Both the position numbers and the translations under genes were made by a program. From the NCBI GenBank assembly GCA_051747585.1, contig JBNJGH010000063.1, forward strand, positions 1-20,325: DNA of 20,325 nucleotides. Direction: 5' to 3'. This DNA is from Candidatus Rifleibacteriota bacterium. Lineage in GTDB: Bacteria; Muiribacteriota; Ozemobacteria; Ozemobacterales; Ozemobacteraceae. Position 1 is the stretch's first letter. Each line of letters opens with the position of its first letter. The notes below the pieces were generated by a model, which worked only from the letters and a program-made list of their open reading frames with translations, did not search any database and had not been told where the DNA came from. This document shows positions 8,377 to 17,202 of this stretch, piece after piece.

Positions 8377-9486
8377 ATGGAAAATCGTCTGATGACAATC
8401 ATGTTTCTTGATATGCAGGGCTATACCAAACGGAGTGCCCGTCAGACGATTGATGAGATGAAAATTTTTCATGATCAGATGTTCAAGTTTGTAACCGATA
8501 TTGTTGATAAGTGGAATGGCATAATGGTCAAATCAATGGGTGATGGCTTTCTGGTAAGATTTGAATCGCCAACCAATGCTGTGCAGGCCGGAATAGAAAT
8601 TCAAAGAAAACTTGAAGCCCGTAATGCTCAAATGATGCATCCTGAGAGTCTTGTAAGATTCAGAGTAGGTATAAACACCGGTGAAGTGGGCGTCGATGAA
8701 AATGGCGACCTTTTTGGAGACCCGGTAAATATTGCCTCCAGAATTCAGACTTATGCTGATACCAACGATGTCTTTATTTCTGAATCGACTTATCTGGCCA
8801 TGAATCAGAATGAGTTCGGAGCTGTGGATCTGGGTTCTCAGGAACTAAAAAATGCAACTAGAGAAATAAGAATTTATAAGGTCTTGAAAAGTGGTATGCC
8901 TGTCAGTTCGGGGCATGGAAATGATAACTGGTTTAAGCGTAACAAGAAGCTTTCTCTGGCGGTTATCGTTCTTTTGGCTCTTTTATTTGGCAGCTTTATA
9001 GTCAGGCGTGCTGTTATTAAAAGAAGAATTGCACAACAAGATCAAAAAGCTGTTCAAAATGTGCAAAACGGCCAAAATGAAGAGTCCGTGCACAATGATG
9101 GTGGCAAAGTTGCCTCTGCTGCAAAAGACGCACAGACTGATGCCGATGCTGATAACCAGCTTTTAACCATAGTAGATCTCAAGCCTGCCGACAACAGATT
9201 ACAGTTCGACCCTCAAGAACAAAGGGCTTTTTCAGAATTCAAGAAAAATTTTAAACAGCAGCATTATGATATATGTGAAAAAATAGCCGTTAATATGATT
9301 CGCACCCGGCCGGAAATAAAAAAAGTTCCATGGGCTTTGTTGCTTGCCGAAAATTTCTTTATTCAGGGTGACAAAGAAAATGCGGCAAGAATTTGTGACA
9401 ATCTTACAAAAACAACTGCAAAAATTCCTCAAGTGCATGGAAAAGTTAAAAATCAGATCGGCAAAATGAAGAAAAAATATCTGTAA
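8377..9486 (+). CDS. Class III adenylate cyclase: N-terminal catalytic domain, single TM helix, C-terminal helical/TPR-like domain
   Basis: Motifs TIMFLDMQGYT, VKSMGDGFL, RVGINTGEV and DLFGDPVNIASRIQ supply both metal-binding Asp residues, the ATP-specifying Lys/Asp and the catalytic Asn/Arg. TM segment LSLAVIVLLALLFGSFIV. SD GAGGT upstream. Confidence 0.92.
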   Translation: MENRLMTIMFLDMQGYTKRSARQTIDEMKIFHDQMFKFVTDIVDKWNGIMVKSMGDGFLVRFESPTNAVQAGIEIQRKLEARNAQMMHPESLVRFRVGINTGEVGVDENGDLFGDPVNIASRIQTYADTNDVFISESTYLAMNQNEFGAVDLGSQELKNATREIRIYKVLKSGMPVSSGHGNDNWFKRNKKLSLAVIVLLALLFGSFIVRRAVIKRRIAQQDQKAVQNVQNGQNEESVHNDGGKVASAAKDAQTDADADNQLLTIVDLKPADNRLQFDPQEQRAFSEFKKNFKQQHYDICEKIAVNMIRTRPEIKKVPWALLLAENFFIQGDKENAARICDNLTKTTAKIPQVHGKVKNQIGKMKKKYL

Positions 9487-9500
9487 AAATTATCCAATAA

Positions 9501-9538
9501 AAAAAGCTGTTTCGTAGTTTTTTACGAAACAGCTTTTT
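9501..9538. terminator. Bidirectional intrinsic terminator between the convergent cyclase and iorB genes
   Basis: Perfect 16-bp inverted repeat AAAAAGCTGTTTCGTA / TACGAAACAGCTTTTT with a 6-nt loop, an A tract on the left and a T tract on the right. Confidence 0.9.
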
Positions 9539-9556
9539 AGTTTTAGCTATTTAAAC

Positions 9557-10132
9557 TTAAAATAGCTCCATGCCGCTGGAAAAAGCTTTTTTGTTGAGTT
9601 CGAGGTATTTGGCTGGAACAAGTTTCTCGATCATTTTTTCCCAGGTTTCTTTTTGAATTGCCTCGAGTTTACGAGCTAAAACACCCAGCAGCACTACGTT
9701 AAGGCATTTTTGATTGCCAAGTTCTTTGGCTTTACCTATCGCATCTACTGCAAGAACCTCGATTGACAAATTCCCAAGTTTTTCAATAATCTGGGGCGGA
9801 TAAACTGAATCACCCGCAGAGACAGACATCGGCAGAATATTCTGGCAATTGCATATTACCAGGCCGTCCGGGCGAAGGTATTCAGACCAGCGCAAAGCTT
9901 CGAGTTCTTCAAAGGCCAGAAGAATATCGCATTCGCCTTTTCTTATTATGGGTGAAGCAATTTTTTCGCCAAATCTTACGTGGCTTACAACACTACCGCC
10001 TCTTTGAGCCATTCCGTGAATCTCGGATTTTTTTACATCATGACCTGATTCCATGGCACATTCTGCGAGCAGATTGCTTGCCAGCAGGGTTCCTTGTCCA
10101 CCAACTCCGCATAGTAAAATGTTAGTAGTCAT
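9557..10132 (-). CDS. iorB: Indolepyruvate:ferredoxin oxidoreductase subunit beta
   Basis: NILLCGVGGQGTLLAS, KKSEIHGMAQRGGSVVSHVRFG, FEELEALRW and NVVLLG motifs. The true start is ATG 10132 (MTTNILL), which overlaps the iorA stop as TAATG with a purine-rich SD upstream; it is not 10204. Confidence 0.93.
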   Translation of the reverse strand: MTTNILLCGVGGQGTLLASNLLAECAMESGHDVKKSEIHGMAQRGGSVVSHVRFGEKIASPIIRKGECDILLAFEELEALRWSEYLRPDGLVICNCQNILPMSVSAGDSVYPPQIIEKLGNLSIEVLAVDAIGKAKELGNQKCLNVVLLGVLARKLEAIQKETWEKMIEKLVPAKYLELNKKAFSSGMELF

Positions 10133-11910
10133 TATTGAGCCCCCTTTTCCTGTGTGATTGCACCGGGACGGCATACGGCAGCGCAAAGGCCACAATGAAC
10201 GCACAGAGTAGTATTGATTATGGTTTTGCCGTCTTCTTCGCTTACTTCAATTGCCGGGCAACCGAGTTTCCAACAGATTCCGCATTTAACACACTTGTCT
10301 CTGTTAATCGAAACAAGTTTGATTTCCGGCTTGTAGCCTTTAAGCAGAAAACAGGGGCGGCGGGCAATTATTACCGATGGTTCTTCGTCTGCCAGTGCAG
10401 TTTTTAATGTAGATTCAACCTGTTTTAGATCGAAGGGGTCGATGGTATGAACGTTAGTGACTCCGCAGGCTTTACATACAGCTTCTATATCGAGCGTTTT
10501 TGTTTCTTTGCCTTTAAGAGTTTTTCCATTGGCCGGGTTTGGCTGGTGCCCGGTCATTGCGGTTATGGAATTATCCAGAACTATGGTTACATGGCGGCCC
10601 TGGTTATATACAGTGTCGATGAGGCCCGTAATCCCAGAGTGTATGAAAGTAGACTCGCCGAGAACCGCTACCAGTTTGCCATGTATTTTTTCTTTCATGG
10701 CCTTTTCGATGCCCAGCGCATTTGTAACTGACGCGCCCATGCAGACTATGGTATGCATAGCATTATGGGGCGAAAATGCACCGAGACTGTAACAGCCAAT
10801 ATCACCGGTTACGGTGCAATCGAGTTTGCGTAGAACGAAGAAAACACCGCGATGAGGGCAGCCGGGGCATAAAACCGGCGGTCTTAGTGGAATTTCCTGA
10901 TCGAACTTTTCTATTGTTTCAGGCTCATCTGCTTGTATGTATTCTTTTAAGGAAGAATGAATGATATCAGGGTTTAACTCACCACAAACCGGGACTTTGT
11001 CTTTGCCTGTGCAGGCCAGGCCAAGAGCTCTTACTTCGGTTTCAATAAATGGATCGTTTTCTTCAATTATAATCAAGGTCTCTACCATATCGGCAAATTT
11101 CTTTACCAGGTCTGCCGGAAATGGGTTTGTCAGACCAAGCTTTAAAAAAGCTGCCTTGGGGAATACTTCGCGAGCATGGCTGTAACTGATTCCAGATGAA
11201 ATGACGCCTACTTTACGATCACCATCTTCAATTTTGTTGTATTCGCAATTACAGGCGAGATCGGTTAATTTTTTAAGTCGTTCTTCAACCTTAACATGGA
11301 GTTTACGCGCATTATGTGGCAATACGCAGTATTTCGCCATGTTTCTTTCAAACTTGCGTTCCGGAGCCTTGTCTCTGTCATAAAGTTCGACAATGCCCTC
11401 TGAGTGAGAGATTCTGGTTGTACAGCGCAGCATGACAGGAGTATCATATTCTTCAGAAAGCTTCATGGCTGCAACAGTCATGTCTTTGGCTTCCTGGCTG
11501 TTTGAGGGTTCAAACAGAGGCATTTTTGACATGCGGGCATAAAATCTGTTGTCCTGTTCATTCTGAGAACTATGCATGCCGGGATCATCTGCTGAAACTA
11601 TTACCAGACCAGCATTCACGCCGGTATAAGAAACTGTGAAAAATGGGTCTGCGGCAACGTTGAGACCTACATGTTTCTGGGCACAAAGAGACCTTGCTCC
11701 GCCATAACATGCGCCGATAACTGTTTCCATTGCAGTTTTTTCATTAACTGCCCATTGGGCATCAATATCATCATAAGTGCCGCAAAATTCAAGTATCTCG
11801 GTTGACGGGGTTCCGGGATAAGCTGATGCAAATCTTACTCCGGCTTCCCAGGCACCTCTGGCAATAGCTGCATTTCCCGAAAGAAGTGCTCTTTTTCCTG
11901 ATTGCTTCAT
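10132..11910 (-). CDS. iorA: Indolepyruvate:ferredoxin oxidoreductase subunit alpha
   Basis: LLSGNAAIARGA, AYPGTPSTEI, KHVGLNVAADP, DDPGMHSSQNEQDNR, RPPVLCPGCPH, GDIGCY, DNSITAMTGHQP, and a C-terminal 2x[4Fe-4S] domain (CVKCGICWKLGCP, CVHCGLCAAVC). SD AAGGAG upstream. Confidence 0.96.
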   Translation of the reverse strand: MKQSGKRALLSGNAAIARGAWEAGVRFASAYPGTPSTEILEFCGTYDDIDAQWAVNEKTAMETVIGACYGGARSLCAQKHVGLNVAADPFFTVSYTGVNAGLVIVSADDPGMHSSQNEQDNRFYARMSKMPLFEPSNSQEAKDMTVAAMKLSEEYDTPVMLRCTTRISHSEGIVELYDRDKAPERKFERNMAKYCVLPHNARKLHVKVEERLKKLTDLACNCEYNKIEDGDRKVGVISSGISYSHAREVFPKAAFLKLGLTNPFPADLVKKFADMVETLIIIEENDPFIETEVRALGLACTGKDKVPVCGELNPDIIHSSLKEYIQADEPETIEKFDQEIPLRPPVLCPGCPHRGVFFVLRKLDCTVTGDIGCYSLGAFSPHNAMHTIVCMGASVTNALGIEKAMKEKIHGKLVAVLGESTFIHSGITGLIDTVYNQGRHVTIVLDNSITAMTGHQPNPANGKTLKGKETKTLDIEAVCKACGVTNVHTIDPFDLKQVESTLKTALADEEPSVIIARRPCFLLKGYKPEIKLVSINRDKCVKCGICWKLGCPAIEVSEEDGKTIINTTLCVHCGLCAAVCRPGAITQEKGAQ

Positions 11911-11940
11911 TCCTTTCTCCTTCTCTTTTTTGGTGGGGAA

Positions 11941-11949
11941 ATTATAACA
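11941..11949 (-). promoter_or_regulatory. Putative extended -10 promoter for iorAB
   Basis: The minus strand reads TGTTATAAT (TGn + TATAAT), ending 30 nt upstream of the iorA ATG. No clear -35. Confidence 0.6.
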
Positions 11950-12004
11950 TAAGGGTACAATATAAATCTAAATTTTCTAAGTTTTGAAAAAATTAACTTA
12001 ATTC

Positions 12005-12033
12005 TTGCCTGTTATGGCGTAAAAAGTTACCAT
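12005..12033 (+). promoter_or_regulatory. Putative sigma70-type promoter for the epimerase gene
   Basis: TTGCCT (12005-12010), 17-nt spacer, TACCAT (12028-12033). Divergent from iorA. Confidence 0.45.
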
Positions 12034-12058
12034 CGCTAAAAAACGGTTGGAGAAAAAT

Positions 12059-13066
12059 ATGAAAATACTGGTTACCGGAGCCGCCGGCTTTATTGGCTTT
12101 CATTTAACTATAAGTCTTTTAAAGCGTGGTCATGAAGTTACGGGTTTTGACAATTTGAATGATTATTATGATGTTAAGCTTAAACAAGATAGATTGAAGA
12201 TTCTAGAGAATCATCAATCTTTTAATTTTGTTAAAGGCGATCTTGCCGATCGCAAGGCAATCGAAAGTCTTTTTGCTGAGAATTCGTTTCAAAGAGTTGT
12301 AAATCTGGCTGCTCAGGCAGGAGTAAGATACAGTCTCGAAAATCCGCATGCTTACATTGATGCGAATATTGTCGGTTTTATGAATATTCTCGAAGCTTGT
12401 CGTCATAATAAGGTCGAACACCTGGTTTATGCTTCATCAAGTTCTGTTTATGGCTCAAATACCCAGATGCCTTTTTCCGTTCATCAAAATGTAGACCATC
12501 CGGTTTCATTGTATGCGGCCTCTAAAAAGGCGAATGAGCTTATGGCCCATACTTATGCTCATTTGTATGATCTGCCGGTTACCGGTCTGAGATTCTTCAC
12601 CGTTTATGGCCCCTGGGGCCGGCCTGATATGGCTTTGTTTTTATTTACCAGAGCTATCTTGGAAGATAAACCCATAAAAGTTTTTAATCAGGGAAAAATG
12701 AGCCGTGATTTTACTTATGTCGATGACATCGTAGAAGGCATTGTAAGGGTTATGGATCGAGTGCCGGAATCGGATCCTGACTGGACCGGTGAAAACCCTG
12801 ACCCTTCATCCAGTCGCGCACCCTATCGAGTTTACAATATTGGTAACAACAGTCCGGTTGAGCTTTTAAAGTTCATTGAAATTATCGAAGAAAAAACCGG
12901 CAAAAAAGCAAAAAAAGAAATGCTGCCAATGCAGCCCGGTGATGTGCCGGCAACCTGGGCCGATGTAGAAGATTTGATGCGTGATACCGGTTTCTCGCCC
13001 TCCACACCTCTTGAAAAAGGCGTTGAGAAGTTTGTTAACTGGTTTAGAGAATATTATAAATTGTAG
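12059..13066 (+). CDS. NAD-dependent epimerase, UDP-glucuronate 4-epimerase (CapI/LpsL/Uge-like extended SDR)
   Basis: [43 protein letters not shown] (YxxxK), [16 protein letters not shown] and PMQPGDV motifs. ATG 12059 follows a GGAG SD, giving 335 aa; the TTG at 12047 overlaps the SD. Confidence 0.95.
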   Translation: MKILVTGAAGFIGFHLTISLLKRGHEVTGFDNLNDYYDVKLKQDRLKILENHQSFNFVKGDLADRKAIESLFAENSFQRVVNLAAQAGVRYSLENPHAYIDANIVGFMNILEACRHNKVEHLVYASSSSVYGSNTQMPFSVHQNVDHPVSLYAASKKANELMAHTYAHLYDLPVTGLRFFTVYGPWGRPDMALFLFTRAILEDKPIKVFNQGKMSRDFTYVDDIVEGIVRVMDRVPESDPDWTGENPDPSSSRAPYRVYNIGNNSPVELLKFIEIIEEKTGKKAKKEMLPMQPGDVPATWADVEDLMRDTGFSPSTPLEKGVEKFVNWFREYYKL

Positions 13067-13071
13067 ATAAC

Positions 13072-15513
13072 TCAGGCCGAGAGATTTTCCCGGTAAAAAC
13101 TTTCCCAGAGCTCTTTTTCTTCGTTCATTACATATAACGCGAGCTGATCTTTAACTAATCTGACGCAGAAGTCGGTAAAAATCAGATTCTCATGATTCTG
13201 CTCTGCTTCATTGTAATAGGTATAAAGAATTCCAAGCAGACGCGAGCCTTGAAGCAGCGGATAAGCGCAACAGGTCGTTTCTTCTTCGAGTAATTCTGTA
13301 GTCGCTTTATGGTCCGGGTGCTCTTTTAATGCCTGCAGCACTTTGTTTTCAAAGTTGTTAAGCTCAAGACCTTTGGATCTGTCAAGTCTTGAAGACGCTT
13401 CACTGCTTCCATCATTATGAATTCTAACCATTAGTGCGTCTTTTAGTCCGACTATTTTTCCGAATTCAAAAAGAAATTTGGTAAAAGGTTGGCTTTCTTC
13501 ATCGGGGCGGTTAAAAATCATGGCCTTTATACTGTCCAGTTGGGTATGTAGCGAAGTTAGCTTAAGATTTAGCTTGCTGTTTTTTTCGCAGATATCCTGA
13601 TTTTGCAGGGCATTTTTTATCGCAGCCGCACAGTGCTTAAGATAATAGCTCAGTCCTTCGATCATAGTTTCTGTTTTACTGTTTTGCCCGTATTGTTCGA
13701 GCATCATCATGCCGAGAACCTGGCTTTTGTGGCGCACGGGAATGTAAGCTACCAGACGCTGTAACGGTCCATTCGAAATTGCCATCGATGCGTTTTTGTC
13801 CGGTGTAATCTGAGCGTTGATTATTACCGGCCGGCCTTCCTTTAAGACTGGCGAAAGAGCTTCAGGATTGTTTCTCGGTATGTCGAGCAGCCGGGGTGAA
13901 GCTTTTCTGGTGTCGAGAATCTCGTTTAAGCGGGTTTTAGACTCGGTCGAATGAAAAATATGCAAACATGAGTTATCCAGTTCAAATAGTTCTCTGGCTT
14001 TTTTTTCTACCATAGTTGTCAGGGCGGTTAGCTCAGTACAGGAGTCGATCATTTCAACAATATCTTCCAGCATGAGTTGTTTGTACTGAAGCTCAAGGGA
14101 TAATTCGTCGTTCTGAGCTTTTACTGAAGCCAATTCTGTCATTAAGCTCGAAATCTGGTTAGATTTATTGGAATCGGAATTTTTTAGTTTACTTAGTTTC
14201 TGATTGAGAACCTCTATTTCAACAGATCGCTCATTGGCAATTTTCAAGGTTTCCTGATACGCTCTTAAATTTTCTTTGTTTTCGAGACTGGTTCTTTCTA
14301 GTTCAGCTTTTGTCTTGTTTAGTTCAGTTTTTAACTGCTCAACTCTGTTTTTGAGGTGAATTTCTTCGGTTCGTTCATTAAATATTACCAATAATCTGGT
14401 TTTACCTTCGCTGTTTTTAAACGAGGAAATTTTACAGTCAAACAGGTGGCGGGTGCCTTCTTTTGAGCTTAGAGTAATTCTTTCGAGTGTTCGCTTGTTC
14501 CCGCCTGTTATAACTGATTGAACCACATAAGCAATTCCATATTGCTCAAGCTCTTCATATTCTTTAAAAAGGTTTTTTCCGCTCAGGTTCGATGCAAAAA
14601 ATTGATTGTAATCAAGCTTGACTTTATCTATATTTCCATCGGGATCTATTACCATCCAGGCTTCTGGTATTTGCTGAGCAGTATAAGATGATGAAAGAGC
14701 GTTGTTTCGGCTTTTAAACAGATGTGAGTTTAAATAAAAAATGCGCTCTTTAAAAATGGATGTGAGCTTGTTGGCAAGATAGGCCGTAGCTCCAAGCCCT
14801 GCGAGCATAACAAATGAATTTGAAACTATCCAGCCCTGGCACTGGCTTAAATCCCCATAGAGCGGAGAGTAAAATTTAATATGGGTTAACAGACCATACT
14901 TTACCAGAATTCCGGTAACAAACCATGCGCCAACTCCAGCTAATGCATAGAGGGTGCCGGCTTTTGCTCCCATAACCGCTCCTGCGACGGTAACAGGAAT
15001 GATCATAAGAAAAGTCAGCGGACTTTCGGTTGTACCCGTATACCTTGCCAGCATAATTATAAAAACAAGGTCGCCTATAATTTGTGTGTGCATCACATTG
15101 TCTAAAGACAAAATATTGAAAGGCACATCCTTTAAGGCCTCAAGCAGCATCAAATAAAGAATAGAAATGAGTTTTAATCCTGCTGCCGGTAAAGAAGCAA
15201 AAGCTTTTATTCCTTTAGATTTTATATTGTTAAGAAATTTGCTTAAAAAGCTTCCCATAAAACGTTTTAGCCCGGGAATTCCCTTGGAAAACGCCATCTG
15301 GCGTGACAACATGGAAAAATGTACGGTGTAAAACACATTTAACAAAGCCAGTAGACAACATAAAATGTAAACCGGCTCAATTTGAAAACTCATTCCCAGT
15401 GTGTTTTTACTGAAAATGCTGAAACCAAAAATTATTGGAATACTTGCCCAGCGCAGAGTTATTAATCCGCGGGCAATTTGAAGCTCTCTTATTCCAGAGT
15501 AATTTGCAGCCAT
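13072..15513 (-). CDS. Membrane sensor-like protein: PilS-like multi-TM domain, PAS-like domain, coiled coil and two GAF-like domains, with no catalytic output
   Basis: TM region with QIIGDLVFIIMLARYTGTTESPLTFLMIIPV; PAS-like IPEAWMVIDPDGNI...LLVIFNERTE; heptad-rich EQLKTELNKTKAELERT; GAF-like LVAYIPVRHKSQVLGMMML and CAYPLLQGSRLLGILY. SD AGGAGG at 15519-15524. Confidence 0.8.
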   Translation of the reverse strand: MAANYSGIRELQIARGLITLRWASIPIIFGFSIFSKNTLGMSFQIEPVYILCCLLALLNVFYTVHFSMLSRQMAFSKGIPGLKRFMGSFLSKFLNNIKSKGIKAFASLPAAGLKLISILYLMLLEALKDVPFNILSLDNVMHTQIIGDLVFIIMLARYTGTTESPLTFLMIIPVTVAGAVMGAKAGTLYALAGVGAWFVTGILVKYGLLTHIKFYSPLYGDLSQCQGWIVSNSFVMLAGLGATAYLANKLTSIFKERIFYLNSHLFKSRNNALSSSYTAQQIPEAWMVIDPDGNIDKVKLDYNQFFASNLSGKNLFKEYEELEQYGIAYVVQSVITGGNKRTLERITLSSKEGTRHLFDCKISSFKNSEGKTRLLVIFNERTEEIHLKNRVEQLKTELNKTKAELERTSLENKENLRAYQETLKIANERSVEIEVLNQKLSKLKNSDSNKSNQISSLMTELASVKAQNDELSLELQYKQLMLEDIVEMIDSCTELTALTTMVEKKARELFELDNSCLHIFHSTESKTRLNEILDTRKASPRLLDIPRNNPEALSPVLKEGRPVIINAQITPDKNASMAISNGPLQRLVAYIPVRHKSQVLGMMMLEQYGQNSKTETMIEGLSYYLKHCAAAIKNALQNQDICEKNSKLNLKLTSLHTQLDSIKAMIFNRPDEESQPFTKFLFEFGKIVGLKDALMVRIHNDGSSEASSRLDRSKGLELNNFENKVLQALKEHPDHKATTELLEEETTCCAYPLLQGSRLLGILYTYYNEAEQNHENLIFTDFCVRLVKDQLALYVMNEEKELWESFYRENLSA

Positions 15514-15594
15514 TAAGGCCTCCTGAACAATCGACGAAATGTAGAGGTCAGGTTATATATCGGCTGGTGTAAAGAATTTGTGCAATAAAAAATT

Positions 15595-17187
15595 CTAATG
15601 TAACTCGAAGCTGTTAATAAACAGGCCCTTCGAGGCAAGTTCTGCCAGGATATGAGCTTTTGCACTTCCGGTGATGGTTTTAAGCGACCATTTACGTAAA
15701 ATAGATTGTCGCGAGCTGTTTTTGATTGCGAGAATTTCGGCGATATCTTCGTAATTAGCCTGCCGCCATGAATAGTTGGCTTTTTGTTCGGGCCAGCCTT
15801 TAGTCATGCGCCCTCTGAGCAGGAATGGAGGCAAATCACTTGTAGCTGCAATTGAAACTGATAATTCAGCGGGAAGATCTTTGATAATTCTTGCTTCAGC
15901 CAGAGAATTAAAAATTCTGGAGCGCAGAACGGCAATCTGGTGAACTATTTTTTTGTTCAAAGCATTAAATTTTACCATCATTGAATTTGTTGAAAGCCTT
16001 CTTAAGCTGAATGGAAAAACCATTGGCGAATCAGTTTCCAGAGACTGCTTTATCTGACTTATTATTTGACTTGAAGCAACGAATTTGATTGCGATATCCG
16101 CTACTCCTTCTGCAGTTGGATTATGGGCTGCAACCATTCGTGGAAAACTTTCTTGGGAGCGGCTGAAATAAAGTCGGCGCTCGTCCGGCATATAAAAAAC
16201 GTCTTTTTTTTGGTCGGGGCTGATGAATTGAAGTTTGTCAGCAGGCAAAACTGCTTGAATCTGCCAGTGCTTAAGCCAACTTTTTTGCAGAAATGTTTTA
16301 TTAAAATCTCGTAGATTTTGTCTGAGAATCTGTCTTGCGATTTTTTCGTAAAATTCCCAGTCATTTTTTTTATTGGGGCGAAAATGGTTTTGGCAGAAAT
16401 CGTCGATTTTCCGGTAAATTTCGGCCAGCTCTTTTTCCGGAGCTTCAGCTTTTAATAGAAGATTGATCGTGCCGGGCCTGTATATTATTTCATAGGAACA
16501 GGACGGGTTATTGATAAAGCTGGTAAAATTTTTGCTGATGAAACTGGCTGTATAAAAACATTCGCTGGTAGAACTATGCCACGTAATAAGCCTGAAAAAG
16601 CCTGAATTTCGCTTTTGAATTACAACAGAATCGCTGAGGTTTACATAATTTTTTTGTTGGTAAAACAAGTTGAGTTCATCTAATTTTTGCCTGAGCTCTG
16701 ATTCGTATATATTTGCAGAACCTTCAGTCAGAACGCTTATTGGGTGATGGCCGCCGGCATTACTGCCAACCGGACAGTGTTCAATAAAATTATCTGAACT
16801 GCAAATTGTAGAAGAACTGTTTAATAGTTCATTTCTTTTTTCAAGTAGTCGATCAACCAGATTAAATACAAGCTCCAAAGGCTTTTTACTATTTCGTGGA
16901 TATATGAAACCAGTTTGAATGCCGCTTTTGCTGCTGCTGAAAAGCCAGTTGGCTCCGTCTTTTTCAACTTCATTTATTAAACCATTGTCTGGATTTATTA
17001 AAATATTTTTAATAGTATCAGCCAGTTTCTCGTTGATATTTTTATTTTTTACGATTAACGGATCAAAAGTTATAATTACTGAGCTTGTTTCTTTTGCCAT
17101 GTCTGGCAAAGCCAACAACGAAGGTTGCAACGACAACATCAGTAATATAAAAAGCCATATAACTTTTGCTGGATTTAAACTGAACAT
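15595..17187 (-). CDS. Hypothetical exported protein (N-terminal signal peptide)
   Basis: Long ORF. The start is reassigned to ATG 17187 (MFSLNPAKVIWLFILLMLSLQPSLLA|L) because the upstream MCYNFF codons spell a perfect extended -10 box. No catalytic motif recognised. Confidence 0.7.
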   Translation of the reverse strand: MFSLNPAKVIWLFILLMLSLQPSLLALPDMAKETSSVIITFDPLIVKNKNINEKLADTIKNILINPDNGLINEVEKDGANWLFSSSKSGIQTGFIYPRNSKKPLELVFNLVDRLLEKRNELLNSSSTICSSDNFIEHCPVGSNAGGHHPISVLTEGSANIYESELRQKLDELNLFYQQKNYVNLSDSVVIQKRNSGFFRLITWHSSTSECFYTASFISKNFTSFINNPSCSYEIIYRPGTINLLLKAEAPEKELAEIYRKIDDFCQNHFRPNKKNDWEFYEKIARQILRQNLRDFNKTFLQKSWLKHWQIQAVLPADKLQFISPDQKKDVFYMPDERRLYFSRSQESFPRMVAAHNPTAEGVADIAIKFVASSQIISQIKQSLETDSPMVFPFSLRRLSTNSMMVKFNALNKKIVHQIAVLRSRIFNSLAEARIIKDLPAELSVSIAATSDLPPFLLRGRMTKGWPEQKANYSWRQANYEDIAEILAIKNSSRQSILRKWSLKTITGSAKAHILAELASKGLFINSFELH

Positions 17188-17193
17188 GAAAAA

Positions 17194-17202
17194 ATTATAG
17201 CA
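17194..17202 (-). promoter_or_regulatory. Extended -10 promoter positioned for a leaderless transcript
   Basis: The minus strand reads TGCTATAAT-TTTTTC-ATG: consensus TGnTATAAT 6 nt before the ATG, with no SD. Confidence 0.65.

Noticed and set aside
5555..9438. Minus-strand ORFs 5555-5740, 6001-6183, 6280-6573, 7039-7284, 7751-7981, 9232-9438
   Set aside because: They are antisense to strong genes or cross promoter/terminator elements, with no recognisable protein features.
10133..10204. 24-aa N-terminal extension of IorB in the ORF track
   Set aside because: It overlaps the iorA ferredoxin domain. ATG 10132 has an SD, a TAATG coupling and the canonical IorB start.
9557..11910. iorAB without an adjacent phenylacetate-CoA ligase gene as a novelty
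   Set aside because: The linkage is common but not obligatory, and the partner may be elsewhere in the genome.
10135..12421. Cluster of short ORFs overlapping iorA and the epimerase
   Set aside because: Shadow ORFs of highly conserved enzymes with no independent evidence.
15545..15590. Possible promoter for the sensor gene (TTGCAC ... TATATAAC on the minus strand)
   Set aside because: The spacing is about 20 nt or more, outside the normal 16-18 nt range; not supportable.
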